A stretch of DNA of 64,000 nt from Pseudomonadota bacterium (GCA_049324495.1 JBMOOP010000110.1:26027-90026), one strand, 5' to 3'. Positions 31,289-43,522 are shown, counted from the first letter of the stretch. Translations and numbers: made by a program. Notes: a model not told the origin generated them from the letters alone.

Positions 31289-32743
31289 TCAAACAAAATG
31301 CGGGGCGAAGTGATCGCGCCAGGCATCCGGTGTCTGTGCGCGCAACGCGCTGACCAGGGTGCGTGCCAGTACGGCGCCGCGCGGCCCGGCACGATGCAGT
31401 GCGCAGAGGTCGCTGCCGTCGATATCACCAGCGAGCGTGCCGCCGGCGCGGGCCAGTGCGTCCGTCAGTGCCGCAATCGCGTCGCGTGCCGCGCGCGTGC
31501 CGCTGCAGTTCAGCCATGCGGTGACATGACGGAACAGCAAGGCAGGTGCCTGGTGAATATCGTCGCTGTTCGGCGTCGCCAGCACATGCGCAGCCAGGCG
31601 CCGGGCTGCCGCATCGAGCATGCCGTCACAGAAAGCTGGCTCGTTGGTGAGCACAACGGGAATCTGCGTCGGCAGCCAGTCGCGCCAGGCAATCAGTGCA
31701 AAGCGCAGCAGCCCTTCGCCGAGGATGCCGTGGCGCGGTAATGCTGCGAGGCGCGATAGTGCGCGCTGCACATCATCGGGCGATCGCGCAGCAGCACAGG
31801 CGACCAGCCCCAACTCGGCCAGCTCGGCGCCGGCAATCAACCGCTCGCGCACGTCGTCGCTGCATGCAAGGCGGCCGCTGCCATTAGCGAGTGCCGTCAC
31901 GATGCGGGCGCGGAATGCTGGCGTCGAGGCGGCGCTGATGAACAAGGTATCGACATCGACATGGTCGAGCTTACCGTGGGCAAGATTTTCCAGGGCGCGA
32001 TCGAAGAACAACGGATCGAACGCCGGCGATGGCGGCCGCGATGCGGCGAGGGCTTCCGGATCAAGAAAAAATTCCGCCATGCCCGACGTAAACAGCAAAA
32101 CGCGCCGCAGTGCGGTCGGCAGCCCGCGAAATGCATCGTAGTCAAGGCGCGGGTGGCCGGCGTCGCCGGTTATCAGTTTCTGCACGAGGCGGACATGACG
32201 CAGCAGTGCGGCACGGCCTTCGTCCTGCGCGGCGGCAAATTTCAGCAGACGTAGCGTCGATGCTGCCGTTGTCAGCGTACCGGTTTTGGCCAGTTGCGCG
32301 GCCTGCAGTGCCAGCAGGGTATCGGTTTCGACGGGCGCGATTTCCGGTAGCCGGGCGGCCGGCAGCGTGCCATCGCGCAGTAGCCGCCAGTGCGCTGCGA
32401 CCGGCGCGGATGCGTTGTCGAGTAGTGCGCGCCGTGTCGCCAGTAATCCGGTTGTTGGCGTATTGCGTTCGGCGTAACGCAGTGCCAACCAGAGCAGAGG
32501 AAGCTCGGTTTCGCTGCTGGCGGCAATCAGGTCGTTAAGGAATTTACCAAACGTCTGACGACGGTTTTTCGCGGCGTCACGCAGCAGTTCGCCGACGGTG
32601 CCTGCATAAAGTGCGAGTGCATCACGGGCGCGCGCCATCGCATCCGGCCGCGACCAGTCGATGCGGGCGGTCACGGCGACGAGCCGCGCCGCGCCGTAGC
32701 CGTGGTCCTGCAGGAACGTTTTCTCAGCGCGCGGCGTTGGCAT
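31289..32743 (-). CDS. Hypothetical protein, 484 aa
   Basis: Long ORF with no alternative; overlaps the 3' end of maeB by 20 bp. No family recognised. Confidence 0.65.
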   Translation of the reverse strand: MPTPRAEKTFLQDHGYGAARLVAVTARIDWSRPDAMARARDALALYAGTVGELLRDAAKNRRQTFGKFLNDLIAASSETELPLLWLALRYAERNTPTTGLLATRRALLDNASAPVAAHWRLLRDGTLPAARLPEIAPVETDTLLALQAAQLAKTGTLTTAASTLRLLKFAAAQDEGRAALLRHVRLVQKLITGDAGHPRLDYDAFRGLPTALRRVLLFTSGMAEFFLDPEALAASRPPSPAFDPLFFDRALENLAHGKLDHVDVDTLFISAASTPAFRARIVTALANGSGRLACSDDVRERLIAGAELAELGLVACAAARSPDDVQRALSRLAALPRHGILGEGLLRFALIAWRDWLPTQIPVVLTNEPAFCDGMLDAAARRLAAHVLATPNSDDIHQAPALLFRHVTAWLNCSGTRAARDAIAALTDALARAGGTLAGDIDGSDLCALHRAGPRGAVLARTLVSALRAQTPDAWRDHFAPHFV

Positions 32744-35018
32744 CGGCGACGGTCACCGCGGTCATGTTGATGATCCGCCGCACGGTCGCCGACGGCGTCA
32801 GGATGTGTACCGGCTTTGCCGCGCCCAGCAACAGCGGGCCGATGGCGATGCCGCCGCCAGCCGCGGTTTTCAGCAGGTTGTAGGCGATGTTGGCGGCATC
32901 CAGGTTGGGCAGCACCAGCAGGTTGGCGTCGCCTTCCAGAGTCGAGGTTGGCATGAGCTTTTTGCGATAGACACCGTCGAGCGCCGCGTCGCCGTGCATT
33001 TCGCCGTCAACTTCCAGCCAGGGGGCGGTGCCCTGCAGAATGGCCAGCGCCTCGCGCATCTTCACTGCCGATGGCTGATTGCTGGTACCGAAATTGCTAT
33101 GCGAGAGCAGTGCCGCTTTCGGGTGCAGGCCGAAGCGCATCATTTCCTCGGCGGCCATCACCGCGATCTCGGCAATCTGTTCGGCAGTCGGATCGTAATT
33201 GACGTGTGTGTCAACCAGCATTACCTGCCGATTCGGCAGGATCAGGCCGTTCATGCAGGCGTAGGTTTTTGCGCCTTCGCGCAGGCCAATTGCCTGATCG
33301 ATGTAGTGCAGATGCAACGGCGTGGTGCCCCAGGTGCCGCAGATCTGACCGTCGACGACGCCTTTGCGCAGCAGCATGGCGCCGATCAGTGTCGTGCGGC
33401 GGCGCATCTCGATCATCGCGTGTTGCTCGGTGATGCCCTTGCGCGCGGTGATACGGTGGTATTCGCGCCAGTATTCGTCGTAGCGATCGTCTTTTTCTAT
33501 GTTGACGATGTCGTAGTCACGGCCGACTTCCAGACGCAAACCGAACTTGGCGATGCGATGGGAAATCACGGCGGGCCGGCCAATCAGTGTCGGTCGCGCC
33601 AGGTTTTCGTCGACCACTACCTGGACGGCACGCAGTACGCGCTCATCCTCGCCTTCGGAATAGGCAACGCGTTTTTTCGTTGATTGCTTGGCGAGCATGA
33701 AGATCGGCTTCATCGTTGCGCCGGAGGCATAGACGAAGGTTTGCAGTTTGTCGCGATAGGCATCCAGGTCGGTGATCGGGCGTGCCGCCACGCCGGAATC
33801 GGCGGCAGCCTGCGCCACGGCTGGCGCGATTCTCATCATCAGTCGCGGGTCGAAGGGTTTCGGAATCAGGTAGTCGCGCCCGAAGGTCAGTGACGTATCG
33901 GCATAGGCCGCTGCCACGACTTCATTCTGCTCAGCCTGCGCCAGCTGGGCTATGGCATGCACGGCTGCTATTTCCATTTCCGATGTAATGGTAGTGGCAC
34001 CGCAATCGAGGGCGCCGCGGAAAATGTACGGGAAGCACAGGACGTTGTTGACCTGGTTCGGGTAGTCGGTACGGCCGGTAGCAATGATGGCGTCGCTACG
34101 CACGGCGAGCACTTCGTCTGGCAGTATCTCTGGCGTCGGATTGGCAAGCGCAAACACCAGCGGCGATGCGTTCATGGTTTTCAGCATGTGCGGTTTCAGT
34201 ACGCCGCCCGCGCTTAAGCCAAGGAAAATATCGGCACCGCCCAGCGCTTCTGCCAGGGTGCGCTGGGCGGTTTTCTGCGCGAAGACTGCCTTGTCTTCAT
34301 CCATCAGCTCGGCACGGCCTTCATAGACAAGCCCGGCAAGATCGGTCGCCCAGATGTTCTCACGCGGCACGCCGAGTTTCACCAGCAGGCCAAGACAGGC
34401 AAGCGCGGCGGCGCCGGCGCCGGAGGTGACGAGCTTTACTTTTTTGATGTCTTTCCCGGTGATCTTGATGCCGTTCAATACAGCGGCACCGACGACGATC
34501 GCCGTACCGTGCTGGTCGTCGTGAAACACCGGAATTTTCATCCGCGCACGCAACTGGCGTTCGACGTAGAAACAATCCGGCGCTTTGATGTCCTCGAGGT
34601 TGACGCCACCGAAAGTGGGTTCCAGCGCGGCGATGGTGTCGACCAATTTGTCGAGATTCGATTCCTGCAATTCGAGATCGAAGACATCAATGCCGGCAAA
34701 TTTTTTGAACAGCACGGCCTTGCCTTCCATCACCGGTTTGGCGGCGAGCGGCCCGATGTTGCCGAGGCCCAATACCGCAGTGCCATTGGTGATGACGGCC
34801 ACCAGGTTGCCGCGCGAGGTGTAGCGGAATGCGTTGGCCGGATCGGCGACGATCTCCTCGCAGGCGGCGGCGACGCCCGGCGAATACGCCATGGCGAGAT
34901 CATGCTGGTTGACCAGTTGCTTGGTTGCCGTAATGGCGAGTTTTCCGGGCGTGGGAAACTCGTGGTATTCGAGCGCGGCGCGCCGCAATTCTGCGCGTTT
35001 GTCGTCGTTGTCGGGCAT
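32724..35018 (-). CDS. maeB: NADP-dependent malic enzyme with C-terminal phosphotransacetylase-like domain
   Basis: [57 protein letters not shown]; C-terminal PTA-like region. Start at [11 protein letters not shown]. Confidence 0.92.
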   Translation of the reverse strand: MPDNDDKRAELRRAALEYHEFPTPGKLAITATKQLVNQHDLAMAYSPGVAAACEEIVADPANAFRYTSRGNLVAVITNGTAVLGLGNIGPLAAKPVMEGKAVLFKKFAGIDVFDLELQESNLDKLVDTIAALEPTFGGVNLEDIKAPDCFYVERQLRARMKIPVFHDDQHGTAIVVGAAVLNGIKITGKDIKKVKLVTSGAGAAALACLGLLVKLGVPRENIWATDLAGLVYEGRAELMDEDKAVFAQKTAQRTLAEALGGADIFLGLSAGGVLKPHMLKTMNASPLVFALANPTPEILPDEVLAVRSDAIIATGRTDYPNQVNNVLCFPYIFRGALDCGATTITSEMEIAAVHAIAQLAQAEQNEVVAAAYADTSLTFGRDYLIPKPFDPRLMMRIAPAVAQAAADSGVAARPITDLDAYRDKLQTFVYASGATMKPIFMLAKQSTKKRVAYSEGEDERVLRAVQVVVDENLARPTLIGRPAVISHRIAKFGLRLEVGRDYDIVNIEKDDRYDEYWREYHRITARKGITEQHAMIEMRRRTTLIGAMLLRKGVVDGQICGTWGTTPLHLHYIDQAIGLREGAKTYACMNGLILPNRQVMLVDTHVNYDPTAEQIAEIAVMAAEEMMRFGLHPKAALLSHSNFGTSNQPSAVKMREALAILQGTAPWLEVDGEMHGDAALDGVYRKKLMPTSTLEGDANLLVLPNLDAANIAYNLLKTAAGGGIAIGPLLLGAAKPVHILTPSATVRRIINMTAVTVADANAAR

Positions 35019-35234
35019 GGCGTGGATAGCTCGCAGGGCGTGGTGGCCGGGTTGATGGATCCTGATGGAAACGCACTTGATTGTAGGGGCGGCGCACCAC
35101 TGCGGGCCAATGGCAGTGTGCAGACCGTGGTGCAGAGAGTCATTCGCAGGTGGCCGGCAGTCTGATTGCCCCCCCGGTACCCTTCGGGGACAATGGCGGC
35201 CCCCGGCCATACCCCGCCCCAGGAGCCCAGTCCG

Positions 35235-37244
35235 ATGCCCGCAACGCCCAGTCGCCGAGAGCTTGCCAACGCCATCCGTGCCCTGAGCATGGATGCGGTT
35301 CAAAAGGCGAAATCCGGGCACCCCGGCATGCCGATGGGCATGGCCGACATCGCCGAGGTGCTGTGGCGCGATTATCTCGCCCACAACCCGGCCAATCCGC
35401 ACTGGGTCAATCGCGACCGCTTCGTGCTCTCGAATGGCCACGGTTCAATGCTGTTGTATTCGCTGCTGCATCTGACCGGTTACGACGTGTCACTCGATGA
35501 TCTGAAAAATTTCCGTCAGCTGCATTCGAAAACGCCGGGCCACCCGGAATATGGCTACACGCCGGGCATCGAGACGACGACCGGCCCACTCGGCCAGGGA
35601 CTTGCCAACGCCGTCGGCATGGCCATCGCAGAAAAAACGCTGGCGGCGCAGTTCAATCGCGACGGCCTGAACATCGTCGACCACCACACCTATGTATTCG
35701 TTGGCGACGGTTGCCTGATGGAAGGCATCTCGCACGAAGTCTGTTCGCTCGCTGGAACCCTCGGCCTGGGCAAACTGATCGTTTTTTATGATGACAACGG
35801 CATTTCGATTGACGGCGAAGTGCACGGCTGGTTCACCGATGACACGCCGGCGCGTTTCCGCGCCTACGGCTGGCAGGTGATCCCGAATGTCGATGGCCAC
35901 GACACGCAGGAACTGCAAACTGCGATCAATACCGCGCGTACCAATACCGGGCAGCCAACACTGATTTGCTGCAAGACGATCATCGGTTTCGGTGCGCCGA
36001 CCAAGGCCGGCAAGGAAGAGTGTCACGGGTCGCCCCTGGGCGATGAAGAGATCAAGGGTGCGCGCGAGAAACTGGGTTGGAAATTTGCGCCGTTTGAGAT
36101 TCCCGCCAACATTGCCGCCGCCTGGAATGCGCATGATGCCGGCGCAAAACGCGAGGCAACCTGGAATGGGCTGTTCGAGCAGTACAGGACGAAAAATCCG
36201 GCGCTGGCTGCCGAGTTCGTGCGACGCATGCGCAACGAACTGCCGGCCGGCTGGCACGAGAAGGCCAATGCGTTCATCCGCGATGTCGCCGTCAAGGGCG
36301 AAACGATTGCCACCCGCAAGGCCTCACAGAATGCACTCAACGGCTTCGGTGCGCTGCTGCCGGAACTGCTCGGGGGCTCGGCCGATCTCGCCGGCTCTAA
36401 CCTGACGATCTGGAAGGGCTCGAGGGGCATTACCCACGACGACGCCAGCGGTAATTATCTTTATTACGGCGTGCGCGAATTCGGCATGACCGCGATCTGC
36501 AACGGCCTTGCCCTGCACGGCGGGTTTATTCCCTATGGCGCGACATTTTTGATTTTTATGGAATACGCGCGCAACGCCATGCGCATGGCAGCGCTGATGA
36601 GGCAGCGTAATATCCAGGTGTATACGCACGATTCGATTGGCCTGGGCGAAGACGGCCCGACCCACCAGCCGGTCGAGCAGTTGGCCAATTTGCGGCTCAC
36701 GCCGAATATGAGTGTGTGGCGCCCGGCGGACGCAGTGGAGTCGGCGGTAGCGTGGAAGGCAGCGATCGAGCGCAAGACCGGGCCGACGGCGCTGGTTTTT
36801 TCGCGACAGAACCTGCCGCATATACCCCGTAGCGAAACCGCGCTCGCCAACATTGCTCGCGGCGGTTATGTCGTTGAGCCATACAATGCGGCGAATCCGG
36901 ATGCGATCATCATCGCCACCGGTTCGGAAGTGGAACTGGCAATGGCGGCGGCGAAAGTGCTCGGTGAAAAGGGCCGCCATGTGCGCGTTGTGTCGATGCC
37001 GTCCGCCGACGTGTTTGATGCGCAGGAAGCCGCTTACCGCGAATCGGTGTTGCCAAAATCCTGCCGTGTGCGCGTCGCTGTTGAGGCAGGCATCAAGGAA
37101 TACTGGCGCCGTTATGTTGGCCTGGATGGCGCGATCGTCGGCATGGAATCGTTCGGTGAATCAGCACCGGCCGCGCAGCTGTTCCAGCATTTTGGCATCA
37201 CCACGGCGGCGGTCGTCGCCGCCGTTGAGGGCTTGCCGGGATGA
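35235..37244 (+). CDS. tktA: Transketolase
   Basis: [81 protein letters not shown]. Confidence 0.96.
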   Translation: MPATPSRRELANAIRALSMDAVQKAKSGHPGMPMGMADIAEVLWRDYLAHNPANPHWVNRDRFVLSNGHGSMLLYSLLHLTGYDVSLDDLKNFRQLHSKTPGHPEYGYTPGIETTTGPLGQGLANAVGMAIAEKTLAAQFNRDGLNIVDHHTYVFVGDGCLMEGISHEVCSLAGTLGLGKLIVFYDDNGISIDGEVHGWFTDDTPARFRAYGWQVIPNVDGHDTQELQTAINTARTNTGQPTLICCKTIIGFGAPTKAGKEECHGSPLGDEEIKGAREKLGWKFAPFEIPANIAAAWNAHDAGAKREATWNGLFEQYRTKNPALAAEFVRRMRNELPAGWHEKANAFIRDVAVKGETIATRKASQNALNGFGALLPELLGGSADLAGSNLTIWKGSRGITHDDASGNYLYYGVREFGMTAICNGLALHGGFIPYGATFLIFMEYARNAMRMAALMRQRNIQVYTHDSIGLGEDGPTHQPVEQLANLRLTPNMSVWRPADAVESAVAWKAAIERKTGPTALVFSRQNLPHIPRSETALANIARGGYVVEPYNAANPDAIIIATGSEVELAMAAAKVLGEKGRHVRVVSMPSADVFDAQEAAYRESVLPKSCRVRVAVEAGIKEYWRRYVGLDGAIVGMESFGESAPAAQLFQHFGITTAAVVAAVEGLPG

Positions 37245-38251
37245 CCGGACGGGCATTGCGCATCGCGATCAACGGCTACGGCCGCATCGGGCGCAATGTG
37301 TTGCGGGCGCTGCATGAGCGCGGCGAGTACGGTGTTGAAATCGTCGCGATCAACGAGACAGGCCGTGCTGATGCGATTGCACACCTGACGCGCCACGATT
37401 CCACGCACGGGCCGTTCAGTGGTGAGGTTGCCCTGGAAGAAGGCTGCCTCATCGTCAATGGCAAACGCATTGCGCTGTCCGCAATTGCCGATCCCGCCGA
37501 GTGCCCGTGGTATAAGCTGAACGTTGATCTCGTGCTTGAATGCACCGGAGCGTTTCGGGCGCGTGCCGATGCCGCGCGACATCTTGTTGCCGGTGCACAG
37601 CGTGTGGTGATCGGCGCGGTTGGTTTCGATGAGCCGGACGCCACGGTGGTCTACGGCATCAATCACACAACGCTGACTGCCGACCAGCATGTCATCTCGG
37701 CGTCATCCTGCACCACGCACTGTTTGGCGCCGGTGCTGTCGGTTCTCAATGACGCGTTTGGCGTTGAGCGCGTGCTGATGACCGAGATCCATGCCAGCAC
37801 ATCGGATCAGCACCTGCTTGACCATGTGCACCGCGACTTGCGCCGCGCCCGCGCTGCCGGCCAAAGCATTATCCCGACCACATCGAGCAGCATCGGCGCC
37901 GTGCAAAAAGTGTTGCCGTGGCTGGCAGGCCGCATCACCGGCTACTCGGTGCGCGTGCCGACGCAGAATGTTGCACTGGTCGATCTTAGCGTCGAGTTGC
38001 GCACACCGCCGACCGCACAGGCGATCAACGCGCTGTTCAAGCGGGCAAGCGGCGGCGAGTGGCGGGGCCTTGTCGGTTACAACGATGAGCCATTGGTCAG
38101 CATCGATTTCAACCATCGGCGTGAATCGGCGATTTTCGATTCCACGGAAACGCACCTGCTCGGAAATCTCGCCAAATTGATGGTTTGGTATGACAACGAG
38201 TGGGGATATGCGAACAGGTTGGTTGATTTGTGCGTCGCGTTGCGCAAGTGA
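37241..38251 (+). CDS. Type I glyceraldehyde-3-phosphate / erythrose-4-phosphate dehydrogenase
   Basis: [60 protein letters not shown]. Substrate (gap versus epd) not decidable by eye. Confidence 0.9.
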   Translation: MTGRALRIAINGYGRIGRNVLRALHERGEYGVEIVAINETGRADAIAHLTRHDSTHGPFSGEVALEEGCLIVNGKRIALSAIADPAECPWYKLNVDLVLECTGAFRARADAARHLVAGAQRVVIGAVGFDEPDATVVYGINHTTLTADQHVISASSCTTHCLAPVLSVLNDAFGVERVLMTEIHASTSDQHLLDHVHRDLRRARAAGQSIIPTTSSSIGAVQKVLPWLAGRITGYSVRVPTQNVALVDLSVELRTPPTAQAINALFKRASGGEWRGLVGYNDEPLVSIDFNHRRESAIFDSTETHLLGNLAKLMVWYDNEWGYANRLVDLCVALRK

Positions 38252-38276
38252 ATGGTAATTCAATCAGGAACCGAGC

Positions 38277-39464
38277 ATGTCCATCATAAAAATGTCTGAT
38301 CTTGACCTCAAAGGAAAGCGCGTTTTGATTCGCGAGGATCTCAACGTACCGGTGAAAAACGGCAAGGTTGCGTCGGATGCGCGCATTCTGGCCTCGCTGC
38401 CCACCATCAGGCTGGCGCTGGAAAAAAGTGCGGCGGTGATGGTGATGTCTCATCTTGGTCGTCCGGAGGAGGGTGTATTCAGCGAGGAGAACTCGATGCA
38501 GCCGGTCGCCGACTATCTGGAAAAGGCGCTGGGCCGGAACGTACCGCTGCTGAAGGAGTATCTCGGCGGTGTTGACGTAAAACCGGGCGAGATCGTGCTG
38601 TTCGAAAACGTGCGCTTCAACAGGGGCGAGAAGAAGAACAAGGACGAGCTGGCGCAGCAGTATGCCGCGCTGTGCGACGTGTTCGTGATGGATGCCTTCG
38701 GCACCGCGCACCGTGCCGAAGGTTCGACGCATGGCGTGGCGAAGTTCGCGAAGATTGCTTGCGCCGGTCCGTTGCTGGCCGCCGAACTGGAAGCACTGGG
38801 CAAGGCGCTGAAGACGCCGGCGCGGCCGATGGTAGCCATCGTCGCCGGCTCCAAGGTATCGACCAAGCTGGACGTACTCACCTCGCTGACCGGCATCTGC
38901 GATCAACTGATCGTCGGCGGCGGCATCGCCAACACCTTTCTGGCGGCGGCCGGCTACAAAGTCGGCAAGTCGCTGTGCGAACACGACCTGATCGACACCG
39001 CGAAGCAGATCGCCTTGAAAGTGAAGGTGCCGCTGCCGGTGGATGTCGTCGTCGCGAAGCTGCCGGACGGCGACGATTTCATGGCACGCGTGGCCGCGTC
39101 GAAGGCCGTGGTGAAGAAAGTGACGGACATCGCCGACGACGAGATGATTCTCGATGTCGGCCCCGAAACGGCGAAGCAGTTCGCCGGCCTGCTGCAGAGC
39201 GCGAAAACCATTTTGTGGAACGGCCCGGTCGGCGTGTTCGAGGCAGACCAGTTCGGCAACGGCACGAAGATGCTGTCGGAAGCGATTGCCGCGTCGAGCG
39301 CGTTCTCGATCGCCGGCGGCGGCGACACGCTGGCGGCGATCGACAAGTACGGTGTCGCCGACCGCATCGGCTACATCTCGACCGGCGGCGGCGCGTTCCT
39401 GGAATTCGTCGAAGGCAAGGTGCTGCCGGCGGTTGAAATTCTGCAGCAGCGGGCAAAGGGATAA
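38277..39464 (+). CDS. pgk: Phosphoglycerate kinase
   Basis: [53 protein letters not shown]. Confidence 0.97.
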   Translation: MSIIKMSDLDLKGKRVLIREDLNVPVKNGKVASDARILASLPTIRLALEKSAAVMVMSHLGRPEEGVFSEENSMQPVADYLEKALGRNVPLLKEYLGGVDVKPGEIVLFENVRFNRGEKKNKDELAQQYAALCDVFVMDAFGTAHRAEGSTHGVAKFAKIACAGPLLAAELEALGKALKTPARPMVAIVAGSKVSTKLDVLTSLTGICDQLIVGGGIANTFLAAAGYKVGKSLCEHDLIDTAKQIALKVKVPLPVDVVVAKLPDGDDFMARVAASKAVVKKVTDIADDEMILDVGPETAKQFAGLLQSAKTILWNGPVGVFEADQFGNGTKMLSEAIAASSAFSIAGGGDTLAAIDKYGVADRIGYISTGGGAFLEFVEGKVLPAVEILQQRAKG

Positions 39465-39469
39465 TCGAT

Positions 39470-39850
39470 ATGCGCGCAGGGATGTTCGTGGCGACCATGC
39501 TGGCTTCGGTGCTGGCGCAGGCCGGCGATGGTCTCGACCCGGCCATGAACGGCGACTACCGCTGCGATGGCGGCGTGACGTTCAGTGCGAAGGTGAAGAT
39601 CGCGCCGGACGTGAAGTCGGAGGTTGTTTTCTCCCCCGTAGGCGCCTCGACGACCGGCAGCACCGAGAATGACAGCGGTGCGCGGATGCGGGACAGCATC
39701 CGCGGCACGCGTTACTACGGCGTCCATGTCCGCCATGAGGGCAGGAAGTACAAGCTCTACCCGGTGGATGGCGAGGCGAACGTCTACACTGACAACAACG
39801 GAAAATTCAGGTGGTTCTGGTCGATGGCAGTGCTCCTTACGCCAGCCTGA
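39470..39850 (+). CDS. Hypothetical secreted protein, possibly frameshifted
   Basis: Signal peptide; ...YYGVHVRHEGRKYKLYPVDGEANVYTDNNGK. The coding signal appears to continue to 39915 in another frame. Confidence 0.5.
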   Translation: MRAGMFVATMLASVLAQAGDGLDPAMNGDYRCDGGVTFSAKVKIAPDVKSEVVFSPVGASTTGSTENDSGARMRDSIRGTRYYGVHVRHEGRKYKLYPVDGEANVYTDNNGKFRWFWSMAVLLTPA

Positions 39851-39924
39851 TCATGGGCCCCGATGGCAAGACCGTGAACAATTGCCGCCAGGCGGCAGCC
39901 GCGGAAAAACAGTGAGGTAACGAC

Positions 39925-40989
39925 ATGGCACTCATCACCCTGCGTCAATTGCTCGACCACGCGGCTGAAAACAGCTACGGCGTCCCGGCATTCAACGTCA
40001 ACAATCTTGAGCAGATGCGCGCGATCATGGAGGCGGCGCAGAAATGCAACGCGCCGGTGATCGTGCAGGCCTCGGCCGGCGCGCGCAAATACGCCGGCGC
40101 GCCCTTTCTGCGTCACCTGATTCTCGCGGCAATCGAAGAATTTCCGGACATCCCGGTGGTAATGCACCAGGATCACGGCACGTCGCCGGCAATTTGCCAG
40201 CGCTCGATTCAGCTTGGCTTTTCGTCGGTAATGATGGATGGCTCGCTGGGTGAAGATGGCAAGACGCCGATGGATTACGCCTACAACGCGCGCGTGACGA
40301 AGCAGGCGGTCGAGATGGCGCACGCTTGCGGCGTATCAGTGGAAGGTGAGATTGGTTGCCTGGGTTCGCTGGAATCCGGCATGGCCGGCGAGGAAGACGG
40401 CCATGGCGCGGAGGGAACGCTGGATCACTCACAACTGTTGACCGACCCGGAAGAAGCCGCGCAGTTCGTCAAGGACACCGGCGTCGATGCGCTTGCCATC
40501 GCGATCGGCACGTCGCACGGTGCCTACAAGTTCACCCGGCCGCCGACCGGCGACATCCTCGCCATCGAACGCGTCAAGGAAATCAACCGTCGCATTCCGA
40601 ACACTCACCTGGTGATGCACGGTTCGTCGAGCGTGCCGCAGGACTGGTTGAAAATCATCAACGACAACGGCGGCGACATCAAGGAAACCTACGGGGTGCC
40701 GCTTGAGCAGATCGTCGAAGCTATCAAGCACGGTGTGCGCAAAGTGAACATCGATACCGACTTGCGTCTCGCGTCCACCGGCGCGATACGTCGCCACCTG
40801 GCAAAGAATCCGGCCGAGTTCGATCCGCGCAAGTACCTGAAGGATTCAATCACTGCGATGCGCGACATCTGCATCGGGCGTTACGAAGCGTTCGGTTCTG
40901 CCGGCCAGGCCTCGAAGATCAAGGTGGTGTCGCTCGAAAAAATGACCGAGCGTTACGCGAAGGGCGAGTTGGCGCAGAAGGTGAATTGA
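39925..40989 (+). CDS. fba: Class II fructose-bisphosphate aldolase
   Basis: [53 protein letters not shown]. Confidence 0.96.
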   Translation: MALITLRQLLDHAAENSYGVPAFNVNNLEQMRAIMEAAQKCNAPVIVQASAGARKYAGAPFLRHLILAAIEEFPDIPVVMHQDHGTSPAICQRSIQLGFSSVMMDGSLGEDGKTPMDYAYNARVTKQAVEMAHACGVSVEGEIGCLGSLESGMAGEEDGHGAEGTLDHSQLLTDPEEAAQFVKDTGVDALAIAIGTSHGAYKFTRPPTGDILAIERVKEINRRIPNTHLVMHGSSSVPQDWLKIINDNGGDIKETYGVPLEQIVEAIKHGVRKVNIDTDLRLASTGAIRRHLAKNPAEFDPRKYLKDSITAMRDICIGRYEAFGSAGQASKIKVVSLEKMTERYAKGELAQKVN

Positions 40990-41026
40990 GCGCACGGGTC
41001 AATACGGCGTTTAAGGGGAAGGCTAT

Positions 41027-42004
41027 ATGTTCGATGTTGCCGCCGCGCGTGCCGCGCTTCTCCCGATCGATTGGGCCGACCCGGCACCCGCCAAAGGGGC
41101 GCTGGTCGATTATGTTCGCCACTACGGGCTTGATTTCGGTGGCCGCATACCCGGCCTGCGCCACGGCCTGGGTTTCATCGACGTCAGTACGCCGCAGCTG
41201 AACGACTACCGCATTGCCGTGCAGTTGTTCCAGGTGCCGGCACCGCGCGGTACGGTTCTCGTCGTGCATGGCTATTACGATCACGTCGGTATATTCGATC
41301 ATGCGATCGAGCATCTGTTGGCACGCGATTTCGATGTTGTCGCATTCGATCTGCCCGGCCACGGTCTTTCCAGCGGTGCGCCTGCAGCCATCGACAGTTT
41401 TATGGAATACCAGCACGCGCTGGATGCAGTGCTCACGGGCATGGTGCAGACCCGGTTGGCGGTCCCGCTATCGGTGCTCGTGCAGAGCACCGGCGGCGCG
41501 ATCATTATGGAGTGGCTATTGCGTGCCGGTTCAAGTACGGCGAGCTCGCCGTTTGCTGCTGTTGTTGCACTGGCGCCGCTGGTGCGCCCGGTGCACTGGA
41601 AGCTGAACCGTGTGCTGTACTACCTGCTGCGGCCGTTCCGTCAGCATATCGCCCGAAAATTCGCGGTAAATTCGCACGATGAGAAATTCCTGCGTTTTCT
41701 GCGTGAAGAAGATCCGCTGCAATCTCGACAGTTATCGACGCGCTGGGTCGGGGCGATGAAACGCTGGATCCCCCACATGGAAAACGCCACGCCCTGTGAT
41801 TACCCGCTCGTTGTCGTGCAGGGCGACGCAGATGGCACGGTCGACTGGCAGCATAACCTGGGCATAATCCGCATGAAATTTCCCCGCGCTTCGGTGAACA
41901 TGATTCCTGCTGCGTATCACCAGCTTGTCAATGAATCCCCTGAATTTCGCGCTCAGGTTTTTGCCGTGCTTGATCAGGTTCTGCCGCGCAGCGATGTCGC
42001 CTGA
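41027..42004 (+). CDS. Alpha/beta hydrolase
   Basis: GTVLVVHGYYDHVGIFDH, FDLPGHGLSSG. Confidence 0.85.
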   Translation: MFDVAAARAALLPIDWADPAPAKGALVDYVRHYGLDFGGRIPGLRHGLGFIDVSTPQLNDYRIAVQLFQVPAPRGTVLVVHGYYDHVGIFDHAIEHLLARDFDVVAFDLPGHGLSSGAPAAIDSFMEYQHALDAVLTGMVQTRLAVPLSVLVQSTGGAIIMEWLLRAGSSTASSPFAAVVALAPLVRPVHWKLNRVLYYLLRPFRQHIARKFAVNSHDEKFLRFLREEDPLQSRQLSTRWVGAMKRWIPHMENATPCDYPLVVVQGDADGTVDWQHNLGIIRMKFPRASVNMIPAAYHQLVNESPEFRAQVFAVLDQVLPRSDVA

Positions 42005-42014
42005 GGAGTTTCGC

Positions 42015-43337
42015 ATGTCGCACATGGACTGGAATAACCTGCTCAACCGTACCCGCTATCGTTCCAGTGATGAAGCGCAGGATGAGTTGGGCCGTTCGCC
42101 GTTCCACAAGGATCACGACAAGATCGTTTTTTCCGACGCGTTTCGTCGTCTGGGGCGAAAAACACAGGTGCATCCGCTCTCGCGCAACGATCATGTGCAT
42201 ACGCGGCTAACGCATTCTCTTGAGGCGAGTTGTGTTGGCCGTTCGCTCGGCATGCGTGTGGGCGAGTTGATGCGCATGGAGCTTCCCGGCGCACTGCCGG
42301 AATGGACGGGCCCCGCCGATCTGGGTGCCATCGTGCAGGCAGCGTGCCTCGCCCACGACATCGGCAACCCGCCGTTCGGCCACGCCGGTGAATATGCGAT
42401 CCGCGACTGGTTTCACAGCGCCGATGCACGCAGCCTGCTGGTGGCGTTGTCCGCCGAGGAGAAGAAGGATCTGCTGAATTTCGAGGGCAATGCCCAGGGT
42501 TTCCGCATGGTGACCCAGATCGAATACAACCAGTTCGAAGGCGGTATGCGGCTTACCTGCGCCACGCTCGGTGCGCTGATGAAGTACCCGTACAGCTCGC
42601 GGCATGTCGATCACGGCAAATACGGCGTCTGTCACACCGAGCTGCATATTTTGCGCGATGTTGCGCAGAAGCTCGGCCTGCTACAAATCGCTGACGAAAA
42701 ATGGTGCCGCCACCCGCTGGCATATCTCACCGAAGCGGCTGACGACATCTGTTATGCAATCATTGATCTTGAGGACGGCAACGAGATGGACATCCTTGAC
42801 TACGAGGATGTTGAACCGATCTTTCAGCTGCTTTCCGACAACGAGCGGCCGGCAGCGGTGGATAAATATTCAGATCGCCGTCGCCTTGCAGCCTGGCGCG
42901 GCAAGGTGGTGGAGCGGTTGGTGACGGAAGTCTCGAACGTGTTCGTGCGGCAGCAGGCGGAATTGTTGCGCGGTGCGCTTGATGGCGACCTGATCGACTA
43001 CTGCCATCCGAATGTGCGCGACGGTATTCGGGCCGCCAAGCAGCTTGCGCGCGAGAAGATTTTCAACAATCACCGCAAAACCCAGATCGAAATCGGCGCG
43101 TTCTCGACCATTGCCGTGTTGCTTGAGGCGTATTCCGGAGCAATCCACGAACTGCATGCGCGTGGCGATTCGAATTTCCGCAATCGCAAGTTGCTGGGGC
43201 TGATCGCGAACAACCAGCCGTCGGCAGCGGAATCGATGTATTTGTCGTATATGCGTGTTGTCGATTTCATCGCCGGCATGACCGACAACTATGCGATCGG
43301 CCTTGCGCACCAGATTACCGGCAACCGGTACGACTGA
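42015..43337 (+). CDS. dgt: dGTPase-like HD-domain triphosphohydrolase
   Basis: FRRLGRKTQVHPLSRNDHVHTRLTHSLEASCVGR, AHDIGNPPFGHAGEYAI. Start taken at MSHMDWNN. Confidence 0.9.
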   Translation: MSHMDWNNLLNRTRYRSSDEAQDELGRSPFHKDHDKIVFSDAFRRLGRKTQVHPLSRNDHVHTRLTHSLEASCVGRSLGMRVGELMRMELPGALPEWTGPADLGAIVQAACLAHDIGNPPFGHAGEYAIRDWFHSADARSLLVALSAEEKKDLLNFEGNAQGFRMVTQIEYNQFEGGMRLTCATLGALMKYPYSSRHVDHGKYGVCHTELHILRDVAQKLGLLQIADEKWCRHPLAYLTEAADDICYAIIDLEDGNEMDILDYEDVEPIFQLLSDNERPAAVDKYSDRRRLAAWRGKVVERLVTEVSNVFVRQQAELLRGALDGDLIDYCHPNVRDGIRAAKQLAREKIFNNHRKTQIEIGAFSTIAVLLEAYSGAIHELHARGDSNFRNRKLLGLIANNQPSAAESMYLSYMRVVDFIAGMTDNYAIGLAHQITGNRYD

Positions 43338-43368
43338 GCGTTGCCAGCCCCAGCCGTACCCGTCTGGT

Positions 43369-43464
43369 TCAACCCTTCTTGGCGGCCTTGTCGGCCCGCT
43401 TTTCTTTCAGGGTTTTTTCAGGTTTTTTCTTGGTTTCCTTCCGCTTTTCCATACCCTTTGCCAT
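43369..43464 (-). CDS. Tiny lysine-rich protein (31 aa)
   Basis: MAKGMEKRKETKKKPEKTLKEKRADKAAKKG*. Preceded by GAGGAGT as a Shine-Dalgarno-like site. Missing from the supplied ORF track because of its size. Confidence 0.6.
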   Translation of the reverse strand: MAKGMEKRKETKKKPEKTLKEKRADKAAKKG

Positions 43465-43522
43465 GGCGCGCACTCCTCGTGGTTAATGATCTGTGGGGCC
43501 CTTCATCATGCCATCTTGCGGC

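Noticed and set aside
35019-35234. Non-coding gap between maeB and tktA searched for tRNA or a riboswitch
   Set aside because: No cloverleaf, CCA end or recognisable riboswitch core was visible; treated as an ordinary divergent promoter region.
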